A stretch of 64,000 nucleotides of DNA from Octopus sinensis (GCF_006345805.1 NC_043019.1:8245360-8309359); one strand, 5' to 3'. Counted from the first letter of the stretch, positions 1 through 14,739 are shown. Program-made: numbers and translations. Notes: a model not told the origin generated them from the sequence alone.

Positions 1-6
1 TCTCAG

Positions 7-47
<41 letters not shown>

Positions 48-1489
48 TATATATATATAATATATATATATATATATACATATATATACATGTGACTCAC
101 TGAGACTAATGTGCATTTGTTTTGTGAGATTGATTTGCGTCTCAGTAAAAGCCCTGTCCCCCAAATACAGGCTACACATCCACGACCTTCACTCAGTCAT
201 ATCGCCCACATAGTCATAAATATACAATCGTTTGTGTTTGTGTGTGTGCTTGTGTGTGGGAGTGTATATATGCGTGAATGTGTGTGCGAGCGAGTGTGTA
301 TATCAATTAAGCATCGCATGTATAACTACTTTCGTGGAGAAAGATATAAAGAAAATTTTATTTATACCTCTGCCAACATCACAACTTTATTCCGCTGACT
401 TCCCATATTCCCTGTTGTCGCTGCAGTAGATCTTAATTAACCATTGACAACACGCCCAAAAGTTAGATTTAGATTATTGGCAAGAAAAACCTATTAAACA
501 GAAGCTAATATAGACAGAGCTGAAAAGTATAATCTTGCCAGGAATTTTTAAACCGTGAATTATTTTATAGACACTCAATGGTTGTAGTGAAAACGTAAAC
601 AGTTTCAGTAACATAGGAACAAGTTTATTTCTTAAAGAGCGCAGAGTACAGCGACTTAGTCTTTCGAAGATATGATGTTCAAGCAATTGTACCGACCAGT
701 GTTTCAATTCAAATTGTTGCTTCTGATTTTGTTTATGCCTAGGACAGCCCTTACCACTCAGATCTCTCTCGTTTGTAATAGGAATGAATGATGACAACAA
801 TAAGTTTCACATTTTGAATTACGAATTATTTTTCATAGCAAATTTCACCGATATACACAAGCTGCACTCATTTGAAATAGGCGGGTTTTTGACTATGTTG
901 TATTTGATTGTAAGGATGTGTAAACCCGTGTTTCCTTATTTATTCTCAAAGTACTTTTAATAATGAAAGACGTGTTTACACATCCTTGCAATCAAATATC
1001 ACATTAAAAACCTCCTCAAAATTTCAATATGTGCCACTGGCGAGAAATTTCCCCCTAAATAAGTTTGGGGTTTATGCCAGAGTTGAGAGAGGCTTACATT
1101 TTGAAAATATACAGCAAGCATGTTCGTTCGTATGTTCGTATGTTTGGTTTTAATTGGCTGCGTATATGATAGTAATACATAGTTGGGATTTGTTAACATA
1201 ATCATAAATGTAAACTAATGCGTACTTAGAAATGACCCGACATGTTATAAACTTTGGTAGTCAGTCGTTGTTGTGGTCGCGTGCAAATACGTTCTTTAAA
1301 CACACGTACATAGGCGGACGTATGTAAACAAAGGAAGGCAAAGATGAACTTATGTAAGGGCATATACATGTAAAATACAGACATGTGTTTATATATATAT
1401 AAAGGCGTAATACATGCGTGATATAGAGAGATATATACCCAGAATATCGTCATCACAGCACCAGGTTGAATTCAATTCTGCATAAAGAT

Positions 1490-1541
1490 TTATGTATCTC
1501 TGTGCATATGTGCACCTATGTATCTTATATATACCTGTATA

Positions 1542-1595
<54 letters not shown>

Positions 1596-1880
1596 CATAT
1601 ATATACACATATATATGTATATATATACACACATATATATATATATATATATACATATATATACACATATATATGTATATATATACACATATATATATAT
1701 ACATAAATATATATATATATACGTGTATGTATATATATATATATTCATACATATACACATGTAAATATATATATATATGTATATATATATATCTATATAT
1801 ATATATAAGTGTACGTGTGTGTGTGTATGCTTGTGTATATATACATATATATAATATACACGATACGTACATATATCACT
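1490..1880. repeat. Compound (TA)n/(CA)n microsatellite
   Basis: Direct inspection; representative of dozens of similar arrays in the window. Confidence 0.95.
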
Positions 1881-2100
1881 TTATGCATATACCCAGAGAC
1901 ACAAAAACATTCTACGCATATGTTTCTCGTTATAAGATCCTTTAATTGGTGTACATTTCCCTCGTGAGCATATACATATACATATATATTCCATGCGGCG
2001 GCTCTAAGTGTACTTACTGCTAATCTTGTATAACATTAATGTAACTATTGCGAAAACATAAATCACCGCCGAATTACCAAAATTAAAGCACCAGCAGCAG

Positions 2101-2107
2101 CCGGAGT

Positions 2108-2165
<58 letters not shown>

Positions 2166-2212
2166 TAGTAGTAGTAGTAGTGGTAGTAGTAGTAGTAGCA
2201 GCAGCAGTAGTT
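2101..2212. repeat. (GTA)n trinucleotide array
   Basis: Direct inspection; similar array at 48848-48955. Confidence 0.95.
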
Positions 2213-2489
2213 CCATTATCAATATAATATGGTTGATGATGATGATGAAAATGATGTTGATTTCGTTGTTATATGTGATGTAAAGTTTGTTCTAAGATTC
2301 ATTCTCCGACGCTTTTCATTCCACTTATTTGCACGCATTTGTAGACGAAGAAGTAAATTTAATTCATTTAATTCATTTAATTCCCGACTGAATTAATAAC
2401 ATCTTCCGTTTCTCGTCTCTAGACATAAATGCATATTTGAAAATTTATATTTATAAAATACGCATACAAACTTATATCCGACATGTATA

Positions 2490-2529
<40 letters not shown>

Positions 2530-2678
2530 TTTCTCTCTCTTTATTTATCTATCTATCTATTCCTCTTTCTCTCTTTATCTCTCTCTCCCTCTTTATTTAT
2601 CTATCTATCTTTCTCTCTCTCTTTTTTCTTTCTTTCTTCTGTCTGTCTTTCTCTCTCTATCTCTGTCTATCAATATAG

Positions 2679-2757
<79 letters not shown>

Positions 2758-3156
2758 TGTGTGTGTGTGTATATATATATATATAAATGTAAGATCCAAA
2801 GATCTAAGTGCCGGACGATGATAAACTTCGAGCAGTTTCGAAGGTATCGAAAGAACCAACTTTCGGGAACCTAAATCGAAGTCAGATATGCTGAAAAACA
2901 TGTCTCTATTGTGCTTGATTAGCAACTAAAATTGCTTTGGATGCGAATAAATCAAACTGATGGATTGGAGCAAAACAACGGGAGTAATAATTACTGATCG
3001 AGGGTTACACCACTAGCTGTTCACCACGTGCAAGGGCTAAAGATACCTTAGTCACAAGTGGACAAGGAACACAAGTTAATAGGCAGAACTGATGTGGTTC
3101 TACTGGCCACATAGAAATATTAACCTGGAGCTTTCCTGCTCATCTCTTCAATTTGG

Positions 3157-3182
<26 letters not shown>

Positions 3183-3187
<5 letters not shown>

Positions 3188-3324
3188 ATCCAAACAAGAA
3201 AACAGAGAAAAAAAGAGAAGAAACACAGCACGCAGGACGTGGAACTATTAAAGTATTATTGACGCTCAGGAAAGAAGGGAAGGAGGGTTTAACGTTTTGA
3301 GCGGAGCTCTTCGTCGGAAACAAG

Positions 3325-3327
<3 letters not shown>
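3183..3327 (-). mobile_element. Short interspersed repeat carrying a mutated minimal hammerhead motif (3287-3321), probably Penelope-like-derived
   Basis: GUUU CCGACGA A GAGC UCC GCUC AAAA CGU U AAAC. Same layout as 7605-7637 with perfect stems but U4C and G12A core changes; flanked by (TA)n on both sides. Confidence 0.45.
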
Positions 3328-3397
<70 letters not shown>

Positions 3398-4912
3398 ATG
3401 CGTGTATTTGTGAATGTTTGTATATGTGAGTGTGTGTATGTGCATTTAATTCGCGATCGTTAGTCAGACAAGAATATGCTATGAAGAGCTACCAATAATA
3501 GATAAAATCTTTTCAATTTAAATTTGAGTTATTTCTTATTTTGGGGACAAAATTTCTTTGAACTTTTCATCACCCTGATGATATATATACATACATATGT
3601 ACATAACAAATTTGGCTACACACACACGCGCACGCACACACATACATGTTTAAATACTTCTGGTATAAGTTACTTAGATAATTCGTATCTACGATTACGT
3701 CGTATAGAAAAGTTCCCTGTAGGCAGCAGCGCGCAAATTTCGAAACGCTGAATGCGCTGTTAGTACACGATGCAGTTAGCTTGTATGCATATACGAAATA
3801 CACAATGGCCCTCTTTTGGAAATACTCTACGATATATATTAATACATGTTATCGTCTTTTATATATTTTCACTAAATTATTGTGGGCTACAAATTTATGT
3901 AGTTCGCATACAAATGTATATATCATATTTTGCTGTAATGTAATTTGTTGTTGTGATTCTTAGTTTAGGCCAAATGTTGTTGCTATTTCTGCCGTTCATT
4001 TCTCACCCAGGTCCTCAACTTTTTGACAGATATCTAAATCTACTCTGTTCAAAGTTATTTTTAATTTCTATCATTGCCCAATAAATTTCTCTTTATTTAA
4101 TTCTCTATCGTTTTATTTGATCTATATTTAGCGAGGATTTTTCTCAGATACGGCGATTGCATCAAAGTTCTCTAATCGGATTTGATTTTTCTTTTGATTT
4201 ATCTATAGCCTCTTGCGTTGTTTTTTGATATTCTGGCGCCCCAGATCAAATTCTTATACAGACACATGATTATTCGTTGTTCTTCCTTTCTGTTTTTTTT
4301 TATGAATTTAAATCTTGGAGTATAATGTTGTTTTCGTGAATGTTGTTTTTGGTACCGTTTCCATTATTTATGTCTTTTTCCGCTGTATTTCTTCATATCT
4401 ACGAGCGAATGCATTGCGTCTCTGATTTGTCCATAATTGTTTGTATACTTACGATATCATTGAACAATGAGTTTTTTTGAGAAGATATCTTCCAGTTTTA
4501 TGGAATTCCGCCACAATTTCTTCGAATGCTTTGGAATGTTGCATTTTATCTCTGATTTCAAACGTTCGTTGGTGACTTAACCAGGGCACCAACATTTAGA
4601 ACCTGTTTGGTGTAATTTTAATTGTACCCAACCCAACTTTGGAAGGGTAGGCATCAATAGAAACAGATGATATGGTTTGAAACTAAGACTAAACGAAATA
4701 TCAGAGTACTTCGTTTCAAATTTCTTTAGCGTACATAATTTCTGAGTTGAAGTTTAAAAAAGCCACACACCGATCACTCATTTGTTTTTTCTATTCAATC
4801 ACACTTGAGATAAACCAGCGTAAGTATTATCCTTCCGGGGGCCACGAATTTTCATAAAAATTTCTAGTAAATTTGCTTTTCGTCGAGGAAGTTATACAAA
4901 ATATTTTCTTAC

Positions 4913-5022
4913 CTGTGTTCACAGAACGTGAAGAAGAGAATAAAACACATAAAGCAAATTGTCCAGCGTTTTAATATTCCCGCCAAACCAATATTTAATA
5001 TTCCTAAATTATTTTATCGAGA
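4913..5022 (-). other. Candidate spliced exon (unconfirmed)
   Basis: ttttattcttacag|TCTC...CACAG|gtaaga; 110 bp; early stops in all frames, with a late ATG giving MCFILFFTFCEH. Confidence 0.25.
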
Positions 5023-5713
5023 CTGTAAGAATAAAATGGAAACCTGTCTCCCACAGGATTTGATCTCAGAACAGAAAAACTCACATAGAAAGGATTTTCA
5101 TCCAATGATCAAATAATTTGAGTCAGTTCTGCTTTAATCACATTTAGACAATTAGTAATTATCGATAACCTATTCTTCAATCGATCAGTAACTCGCATTT
5201 ATTTTATCGATCTTTGGTGAAGGATCAAACAGACGATCGATATTGGTGGGAATTTTATTCCCGGAAATTTGGGAGTCAAAATGTTAAAGAATGATTATTT
5301 GACAATATTGCAAATTAAGGATCCTTACAAGAAATTCAATTCAATATAGGAGAGTCAATATGGTTGCTTAAAATACAAGGGATAGTTACATCTCGTTCGA
5401 TTTCCTGGGACCCGTTTGAGAATGTAAGGGGTATATATTGAATAATGAAGTTTTAGATAATCGATAGCGCAGGGGAAAGGGTCAAAATGCATGGCAGATA
5501 TGCCAGCGCTCGAAGCTCTGTGTGATCAGGGTTTGACCTAATACTAAACAGTAACAATAACCACAACAACATCAAGGCCAACAACAACATCAACAACAAA
5601 ACAACATAGGCTCGAACAACATCGAAAGAAAACCCGAATAACAGAAACAAAATTGAAATAAACAAAAGACATCTGATCCCGATACAAAATTATAAACAGT
5701 AAAATCAACAATA

Positions 5714-5754
<41 letters not shown>

Positions 5755-6290
5755 TATATATATACTATATATATAGATATATATATACTTCCCATATTTT
5801 ATCATTATTATTTGTTCCTATTTTGTGTTCCTTTCTTTCATTACTACCTTCCTACCTTCTGTCGTTCCTCCTTTCCATCGTTCTTACTGTTTTTCGCTTT
5901 TTTGGCTTTATTTAATTAGGAGAGATATGTTTTCTTCGTTGATGAAATAATCCGTATGAAATGATTTGCATATGACACTAAGCTAATGAGTGTCAAAGTT
6001 TCTAATTACATTCCTATCTGTCATTAAATACAGGAAAAAAAAATAACATAAACGAATAAATAAATCTTCACAAAATCACTGTCCGAATAGAATTTCTTCC
6101 TTTCTAACCTTTTTTTGTTTTTCTCATTATAAATCTGTGAAGATGTCTGTTGTCTGAGGCTGTCAGTCAGTCTCTACTTGTATTCACTTCATTGCGTTGA
6201 CATATCTGCATACACGTATACGCCAGTGATATACTGTGTACGTATCTGTGCGTGGATGTGTGGGTGGGTGTGGGTGGGTGGAAATGCCTG

Positions 6291-6332
<42 letters not shown>

Positions 6333-6514
6333 TTTATACATGTATCTATGTATATGTTTGTATGTATGTCTCTCTGTCTGTCTATACATCTATCTGTGTA
6401 TTTAAATTTATATGTATATATATATATATATTATATATATATATGTGTGTGTGTCCGTGTGTGTGTGACTGTGTGTGTGTGTATATGTACATATATATAT
6501 ATGTCTACATATAC

Positions 6515-6557
<43 letters not shown>

Positions 6558-7361
6558 ATATATATATGGCGCGTATATGTGTGTGTGCGTGTAATTCTTT
6601 TGGAGGACAGCGTATCTCATTGCAGATTAGCAACTGTTAAATTGCTCTATCCAAAGGAATTCTTCAGCTAATATTTACTCGATATTATTTGTAGCTTTAT
6701 CTGCTTCGAGGTCGACCGGGCCAACCGACAAGTCGAGTGTGATTACGTCCCCGTAAATTAGAGGTTCGGCAAAAGTGACCAATAGAATAAGTACTAGGCT
6801 TACAAAAAAATAAGTCCTGGGGTCCATTTGCTCGACTAAATGCGGTGCTCCAACTTGGCCGAAGACAAATAACCGAAACAAGTAAAAGAATAAAAGAAAA
6901 AAAAGAAAAGTATATATATATATATTCATGCATTCTCAATTATATTTCTATACAGGAAATTGCGCATTTCATTTCGTATCCATCTGCGCATAATTTAATG
7001 TATGAAGGTAATCGTTTGTAGCAATGACCTCGTATGTAACTGCCTACGTCTCTAAAAGGGAAACCATGCGACAGGTTTGACAAATATATGGACGTTTACA
7101 AGTGAATGCCGGCTGCTGCCATGTGTGTGTGTTGCTGCTTGCGTGCGTTTCTATATAACTGTGCAGGCGTATGTGTTTGTGTATGTGTGTGTACGTGTGT
7201 ATACATGTGAGTCGTCATCAAGATTAATGCACATATATCAATGGTTTATATATATAAATATATACATAGATAAGTATATGTATATGTATATACATACATA
7301 TATATATACATATATATGTATATATATATATATATATATAATATATATATATATACATATG

Positions 7362-7560
7362 TATGTTTCAGTCATTTGACTGTGACCATGCTGGAGCACC
7401 GCCTTTAGTCGATCAAATCGACCCCAGGACTTATTCTTTGTAAGCTTAACATTTATTCTATCGATATCTTTTGCCGAACCGATAAGTTACGGGGACGTCA
7501 ACGCACCAGCATCGGTTCTCAAGCGATGTTGAGGGGCTAAACACAGACACACAAGCACAT
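7362..7560 (-). mobile_element. SINE family A 3' half
   Basis: Reverse-complement homology to 58680-58880. Diverged plus-strand relatives at 6745-6900, 11710-11880, 12425-12580 and 56850-57030. Confidence 0.75.
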
Positions 7561-7604
7561 ACACATACATATTAGCAGACACTCAGCCAAGGAATGAAAG
7601 ATGG

Positions 7605-7637
7605 TTTTACGTTTCGAGCATAGATCTTCTTCAGAAA
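7605..7637 (-). ncRNA. Minimal hammerhead-like motif
   Basis: UUU CUGAAGA A GAUC UAU GCUC GAAA CGU A AAA. Core intact, one extra A before stem II, one stem II mismatch, only 3-bp stem I. Confidence 0.5.
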
Positions 7638-7868
7638 GAGGCGTGCCAGATGAGGTGAGCTGGAAACCAATTATGTGTAAATGTAAATTTACAGAAGTAG
7701 AGAACAACAGCGTGTTTAGGTAGGAGAAAATTAACCTGTTTTATTTACAATTTTAACGTGTTTATTTGAGACCCAGGAGAGAGAGAGATAGAGTGAAGGA
7801 GAGTGAGGGAGAGAAAGAGATAGATAGATACATACATAGACACATACAAATTTATATATGTATATATA

Positions 7869-8097
7869 TTATTTCTTTACTGCCCACAAGGGGCTAAACA
7901 CATAGAGGACAAACAAGGACAGACAAAGGGATTAAGTCGATTACATCGACCCCAGTGCGTAACTGATACTTAATTTATCGACCCCGAACGGATGACAGCC
8001 AAAGTCAACCTCGGCGGAATTTGAACTCAGAACGTAACAGCAAACTAAATACCGCTAAGCATTTCGCCCGGCGTGCTAACGATTCTGCCAGCTCGCC
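7869..8097 (-). mobile_element. SINE family B (tRNA-derived)
   Basis: Head ggcgagctggcagaatcgttagc, B-box gagttcaaattcc, internal hairpins gtcgat-tac-atcgac; many homologous copies in the window. Confidence 0.85.
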
Positions 8098-10589
8098 ATA
8101 CATATGCATAAGTGTGTGTGTATAGTTATGCATGTATAGTTATGTCTATGCGTACGTGTTTTCAGTGTGTGTGCATATAATATAATAGAGATGACCTACT
8201 CTGAAATGCTTTTCTGACTCAACTGGCAAGATTTGAAACCAATGCATGTTCAAAAGCAGCCTATGTTGATTTCCTCCTTTATAATCCCTGTGAAATGCTT
8301 ACGCGCGATCCACTGTTGAGTTTAGTGTGGTTGACGGGATTTGCATCATGAAATATCCGCTTGCCAATACGTGATTGGCATCGATTGTTAAGCCTTGCCG
8401 TTTGTACACGCCGCTTGCTTTAAGTCATACGGTTGCTGTAAGCGTTCCAGTACTTCTCTTAATGAGTCTATATTTATTATATTAAGAACTCTTACAGAAT
8501 TCCTGTTGGAAACGCTTCATCATCGGTTATGTAATGGAAAATATTTATATGTTTCACCCAAAAATAATATGCGTCGAATAGATTGTAAATAATTTTAAAA
8601 CATAGCAAATGACAGCTGCATAATAGATAAGTGTGTAAGATCTATTTGGATAATGATTTGTCGGAGCTTATAATTGTGTCTTGACTGATTACGGAAGAAC
8701 TTCTAGAATAGGAACTGACTCGTAGACAACTTTCTTCTTTAGGAACGGTAACTGGTTATCCTACTCGTGTTAATAAACTTTGTAATGGCAATGAATGAGT
8801 GACATCACTTCATTTATTATAAGTTTATTATCAGATTATTTTCTGTGAGGACATCACGACGAGTTTCTTACAGAGACTTATTGATATGCTTAACTTGCAT
8901 CCTGCTCACTGCTTATATATATGTGTGTCTGTGTGTGTGTGTGTGTATGTGTGCGCGTGCGTGCGTGTGTGTATGTGTGCGCGTGCGTGCGTGTGTGTGT
9001 GTATGCGTGTGTGTGTTTGTGTGTGTAAGATATCTTCAATTTGAATTTATAACTTGTACAGCTTTAATCCCTTCAGTGAGAGTAGTTGTGAGGATTTGGA
9101 TAGAAATACAAAGCCTTTGTCCACGTGCGCCACCCTATCCAGGAGCAGCAATTATGAATCAAAATTCATATCCGTACCTACCTCTGCCTCAGCAATTTCC
9201 GAATGATTCAACCAGCAGAGACTCCGTTTTCTCAACCGTAACATCGTTTGACCTAGTTAAACTAGTCAATGCTTGAAGTCTGCTAGGCCACTCCACGAAA
9301 TAGGACAAGCCGCAACTAAGACTGATCGATTCTTTAAGGTTATTAAATAGTAAATACAAACTCTACCCTTTCTTGCAGAGGAGACAAGGGCCTGAAGGAT
9401 CTTCATTGTCGATTTGCAGCTACAGGTATATTGCTTTCAAATTTGGCACAAGGCCAACAATTCTGGGTGAGGGTTAAGGCCATTACACTGACCCCAGTAC
9501 TCAAATGGTACATATTTTATCGACCACGAACAGATGAAGACAAAGTCGACCCACCTCAGAACGTGAAGATTGACGCAATGTCACTGAGCTCTTCGTCCGG
9601 TGTACTGACGATTCTCTCACCTCACCGCCTTCCAGGTGTATCGATATCAGAGCTCATTGGACTGCACAAATATAATTCTCCACTGATGAAGTCGATTTTT
9701 CTCCACAGAATATCGACTGTTTGTAAATGCATCCGCTCTGTTCCTTCAAATGAGTAAGTTTTATTTGGGAGAAAACTTATTTTGCTGGTATTTCTAGCAT
9801 GTTAGGAAAGCCATTGGATTCTCAACGGAGAAGAATGTGAGTGGCAAAAATCAAAGAAATAATTGTAGTTTAGCTACAAATATAGAAACATAGTTTAGCT
9901 ACAGATATATTCACTGATCCTGCGTGGCTCCATTTAAGAGGTTGTTATAACATTACGAAAAGGAGCGAGCGCTGTATCCCTACAATCTTCAGTAGTTGAC
10001 ACCAGAGGCACAGTTACACTTGCTTCCACTTCCGGTTTATATTTCTCATCTATCATTCATTATCTCTGATTGATATCACATACTTCTGGACTGAGAATAA
10101 CTTCCGCCCTTCTTTCGAAACAAACGCAGAGGCCTTGAATACGTTCATGGGTACTGCCCAGCCTTTTCTGACTACAGCATATATGTAAAAAGAATTCGAG
10201 GGCACCTCACAACCTCTGCGAAATTTCTGAAGCTATAAAACAACACTGAGACATCTAGACATCAGTGGTGTTAAGTTTTAAGTGTTGACGCTTCAAAGAT
10301 CACATCTTCAGTACTTTTTATGTATTTTACGTGGGCATTTTTTTCTTTAATCTTTCAATTCTTGCTGAAATTGGTCTGTGAAATATTAATCTCAACGAAG
10401 CATCGAACCGCATACTATCCCAACACACCCCATTGCTTATTGCGACGGTCATTGGTCAAAGATCTAAAGACGCACTAATTGAGGACAACTTTTGATGTTA
10501 GCACCGATCATTATTGGTATTAGAAAAAAAAAATGTTAGCAGGCAAGAAAACTAAAAAGCAATGAAAAATAAAGGATACTGATGTTGAT

Positions 10590-10593
10590 AATA

Positions 10594-10649
<56 letters not shown>

Positions 10650-10859
10650 AACGACAAAAACAACATTAATGATAATAATAATAATAATGATAAAAATAAA
10701 ATACACAGAGATATGAACGGTGATGTAGAAGCGAGTGTATGGGAGCATAAAAAAACAATAAAGGCAAAAAAAATGAAATAAACATCTCGTACATTTAATG
10801 AAGGAAAGAAATAAATGAAGTGGAGTTATTCAGTGAATCAGCCCACTATCATTATAATA

Positions 10860-10899
<40 letters not shown>

Positions 10900-11005
10900 C
10901 CATCATTGTAATCATCGCCATTATCATCATCGTCATCGTTTCCATGAACATACACTTCATCATGGTCGGTTCTGTCAGCGTCGACCCGGCGTCATCATCA
11001 TCATC

Positions 11006-11036
<31 letters not shown>

Positions 11037-11136
11037 GTCGTCGTCATCGTCATCATCATCATCATCATCATCGTCGTCGTCATCGTCATCATCATCATCA
11101 TCGTCGTCGTCATCGTCATCATCATCATCATCATCA

Positions 11137-11167
<31 letters not shown>

Positions 11168-11180
11168 TATTATCATCATT
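10590..11180. repeat. (GAT)n array followed by (CAT/CGT)n array
   Basis: 10590-10650 and 10858-11180. Confidence 0.95.
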
Positions 11181-11556
11181 AGAGCGATCGTATTTCTGAT
11201 CATTATTATTTCGTATTTCGCTTAATATTTCTATCGTTACTTTTGTTTTTAATGAAGTTTTTTGTGGCACTTGATTTAGTAGGAACGGTGATCAATGGAG
11301 CACCGCACACAATCCGTTACATGCATTTTAAGCAAATAAGGTTTTTTTTTTTTTGTTTAGTTCAAAACGACAGAATGGCGCAATACATCAAACGCTTTTT
11401 TCTATCTGTAGATAAGCCAAGAATGACTTGTATTTAAAAAGTATGCTTTGTTATAACGTGATGTTCAGCAGGACGCATTATGCGACACTTGACGCAAATG
11501 CCATCTACCAATGAATTCAATCGCTGAACAATTCACTGTCAATGACCGTGGACATC

Positions 11557-11710
<154 letters not shown>

Positions 11711-12963
11711 GTGCGCCTGTGTTTATGTCCCCGTAACTTAGTGGGTCGGCAAATAAGATCGACAAAATAAGTATCAGGTTTACAAACAAAGTATTTCTGT
11801 CGATACATTCGGCTATACATTCTTCAAGGTGGTGCCCCAGCATGGCCGCAATCTAATGACTGAAAGAAATAAAAGATAAACTTAGAAGATATATACGTAT
11901 GCCATTATTCAGTTTTATTTCATGATGTTTTTCCAAATGGGAAAGAACTGGTTTCCTTTATTGGAATTTCAACATCAGCAATAGGGTGTATTTGTATGTA
12001 TGTACGTATGTATGTATGCACGTACTGAAGTATGTATTTATGTATGTATTTATGTATGTATGTACATATGTATGTATGTATATATTATGTATGTATGCAT
12101 GCATGTATGTATGTATCTATGTACAGATATGTATGTTTTATGTATGTCTTATCATGCATATATTTGCATATCTAGACTTGCTCATATATACTTAAATGAT
12201 AAACTTCTGGAAAGTTTTACAGATTTTTACAGTTCCAGTGATAAATTTGATCTGTAGTCTTCGAATTATCTTTCTCCTTTCTGTCTTTGAGAAGCATAAT
12301 TTCTCAAGATTGGTGTGTTGCATATCCCAGGGTCCAAGTAATGTATGTACGTACGTATGTATGTATTTATGAATTCCCCAACCCCACTGTGTTGGTGAGT
12401 TCATTTCCCCCATAATTTTGCGGATCAGCAAAAGACTCGATGGAACAACACCAGGCTTTAAAAAGTACAGGGTTCAATGCATTCGACTAAAAAAATCTTC
12501 AAGCCAGCGCCCTAGCATCCCGGCACTCTAATGTCTTCAACACTAGCAGAAGATGAATGAAAAGATACACAAGAGCGATGAAAATCCTCACAGGACTTGG
12601 CATTATTTGAACACAGAACTTAATATTACGGAAGAAATTTCAGGCGGTATTTGACTTCAAGATACCAATTCAGCCAACGACACGTTAATAAGATCTTTTA
12701 TTGGTTAATGTATAAACATCTGTTGAACTTATGCGAAATTATAAGCAAACATTTTAATACAAAACTTCTCCAAACAATCGCACACCAAGCAACCCGCAAG
12801 ACACTGTTTGTATGCAAGTGTATAAATAATTTTATAATTAATTTTCATTACACCAGTTACTTAAAGTATATAAGCAAACATGTACACAACATAATGCTGA
12901 CATAGAAAGAGGGTGAAATGTGTGTGCTTGTGTCTTGTGTCTGTGTATGTCCGTGTGTGTGTT

Positions 12964-12998
<35 letters not shown>

Positions 12999-13084
12999 TA
13001 TACATAAATCACGCACATGTACGAATTATTTATATACAAACATTCATACTTACACACACACACACATACACACGCACACACGCA

Positions 13085-13127
<43 letters not shown>

Positions 13128-13698
13128 ATATATATATATATATATACATGTACACACACAGGCGTATGCGTATGTTATGTATACGTGAGGATTAACATTT
13201 CCGCTTGTTAACAATGGTCGCGACTGGGAATCACACTAGATTTCATACTCAATTTTCTACTCATTATTTACTCGACAGATGTCGCTACTTCCCAATGTCA
13301 ACCCCTATCTACAGGGCTAGACACACATATCCGTATTTATATATTTCATTACATTTTTTTCTCTTCATTCTCCCCTACTTTTCTCGTCTTTATTTATTGT
13401 ATTCATTATTCTGCCTTGATTGTTTGTAGCTGAACAAGTTGATTAAATGAAAACATAGCCAGAATGAGATTATATATATCTATGGACACACTTATATATA
13501 TATATATATATATACATGCTTATATAAAAATACATGCATTATACTGTATGTATGTATGTGAAAATATATCATATGAATATACATTATATGCACATATTTA
13601 TGCATGCATAAAAACATATGTATATATATACATGGTTTTATATATATTATATATATATATATATATATACATACATTGTTGAATATAGATTATATATA

Positions 13699-13750
<52 letters not shown>

Positions 13751-14542
13751 TTTTTCTTTATATTTATATTTTATATTAATATAGTCATATACAGTGAAGA
13801 GTGAAGGGCGTAGAGAAAATGACAGAGACCTTGGCAAATAAAGCGATTGGGGTGGGAATAGGGTGGCTGGGGTTTGAAATAATCCGCTAATTTCAGTAAA
13901 GTAAATGACGAAGAACTATAGGAAATTTCGTCATTTTTTGGGCGATATCTAAAATCTTGCCCTTGATTATATAAATGTTTCCAGAGACACGTTTCCACAA
14001 AATTACCATCTTGGAAATTTCAGTCGAACTGTTTTAGTTTGTATGCAACACTAATCTTGAACATTAAAGCTGAAATTGCAAAACTCGAACGTGACAACTG
14101 GAAATTCCAAAACAAATTCCTGAATTACTCAGCCTTCATGTTTTTCATCAAATAAGAAGAAAAACATGAGTAGTAGGAGCGGAAAGAACTGCTTTATTAT
14201 GGCATGAAAAATCCCAGCTTTATTTCGCTGGGTTTGATGGAAAGTGTCAGCTGGTCCAGAGTGAGCAGACAAATGTTTAATGATCAGGCTACGAAAAACT
14301 CATGGCGTTCAAAGGAAACTTGATTTTCGTAGGTGTTCTATCTTTATATTTGTACGAATAGATTTTGAGCAACTTTGGTAGTTGGGTTCCAACACTTCCC
14401 TACACACACAACCACACACACACACACACACACACACAAGCAAAAACACACACACACACATACATATACACACATGCAGACAGAGAAAGGCAGTAGCTAG
14501 GAATGAATTTCGGAATGTTGTACGAATTGCCGAACATATATA

Positions 14543-14739
14543 TTCTTTTATTCGTTTTAGTCATTTGAGTGCGGCCGTGCTGGAGCACTGCCTTTAGTCG
14601 TATTAAATCGACCCATGACTTATTCCATCGGTCTTTTAACCCAACCGCTAATTACGGGGACATAAGCACACCAGCATCGGTTGTCGAGCGATGTTGGGGG
14701 GCACAACACAGATATACACACATATATATATATCTGTTA

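Noticed and set aside
1-105. 9-bp inverted repeat flanking the first (TA)n
   Set aside because: Too short, and cut by the window edge.
4200-4570. Possible LINE or Penelope coding relic on the minus strand
   Set aside because: No diagnostic motif in any frame.
10820-11270. His-rich and Asp-rich ORFs
   Set aside because: Entirely explained by the (CAT/GAT)n array.
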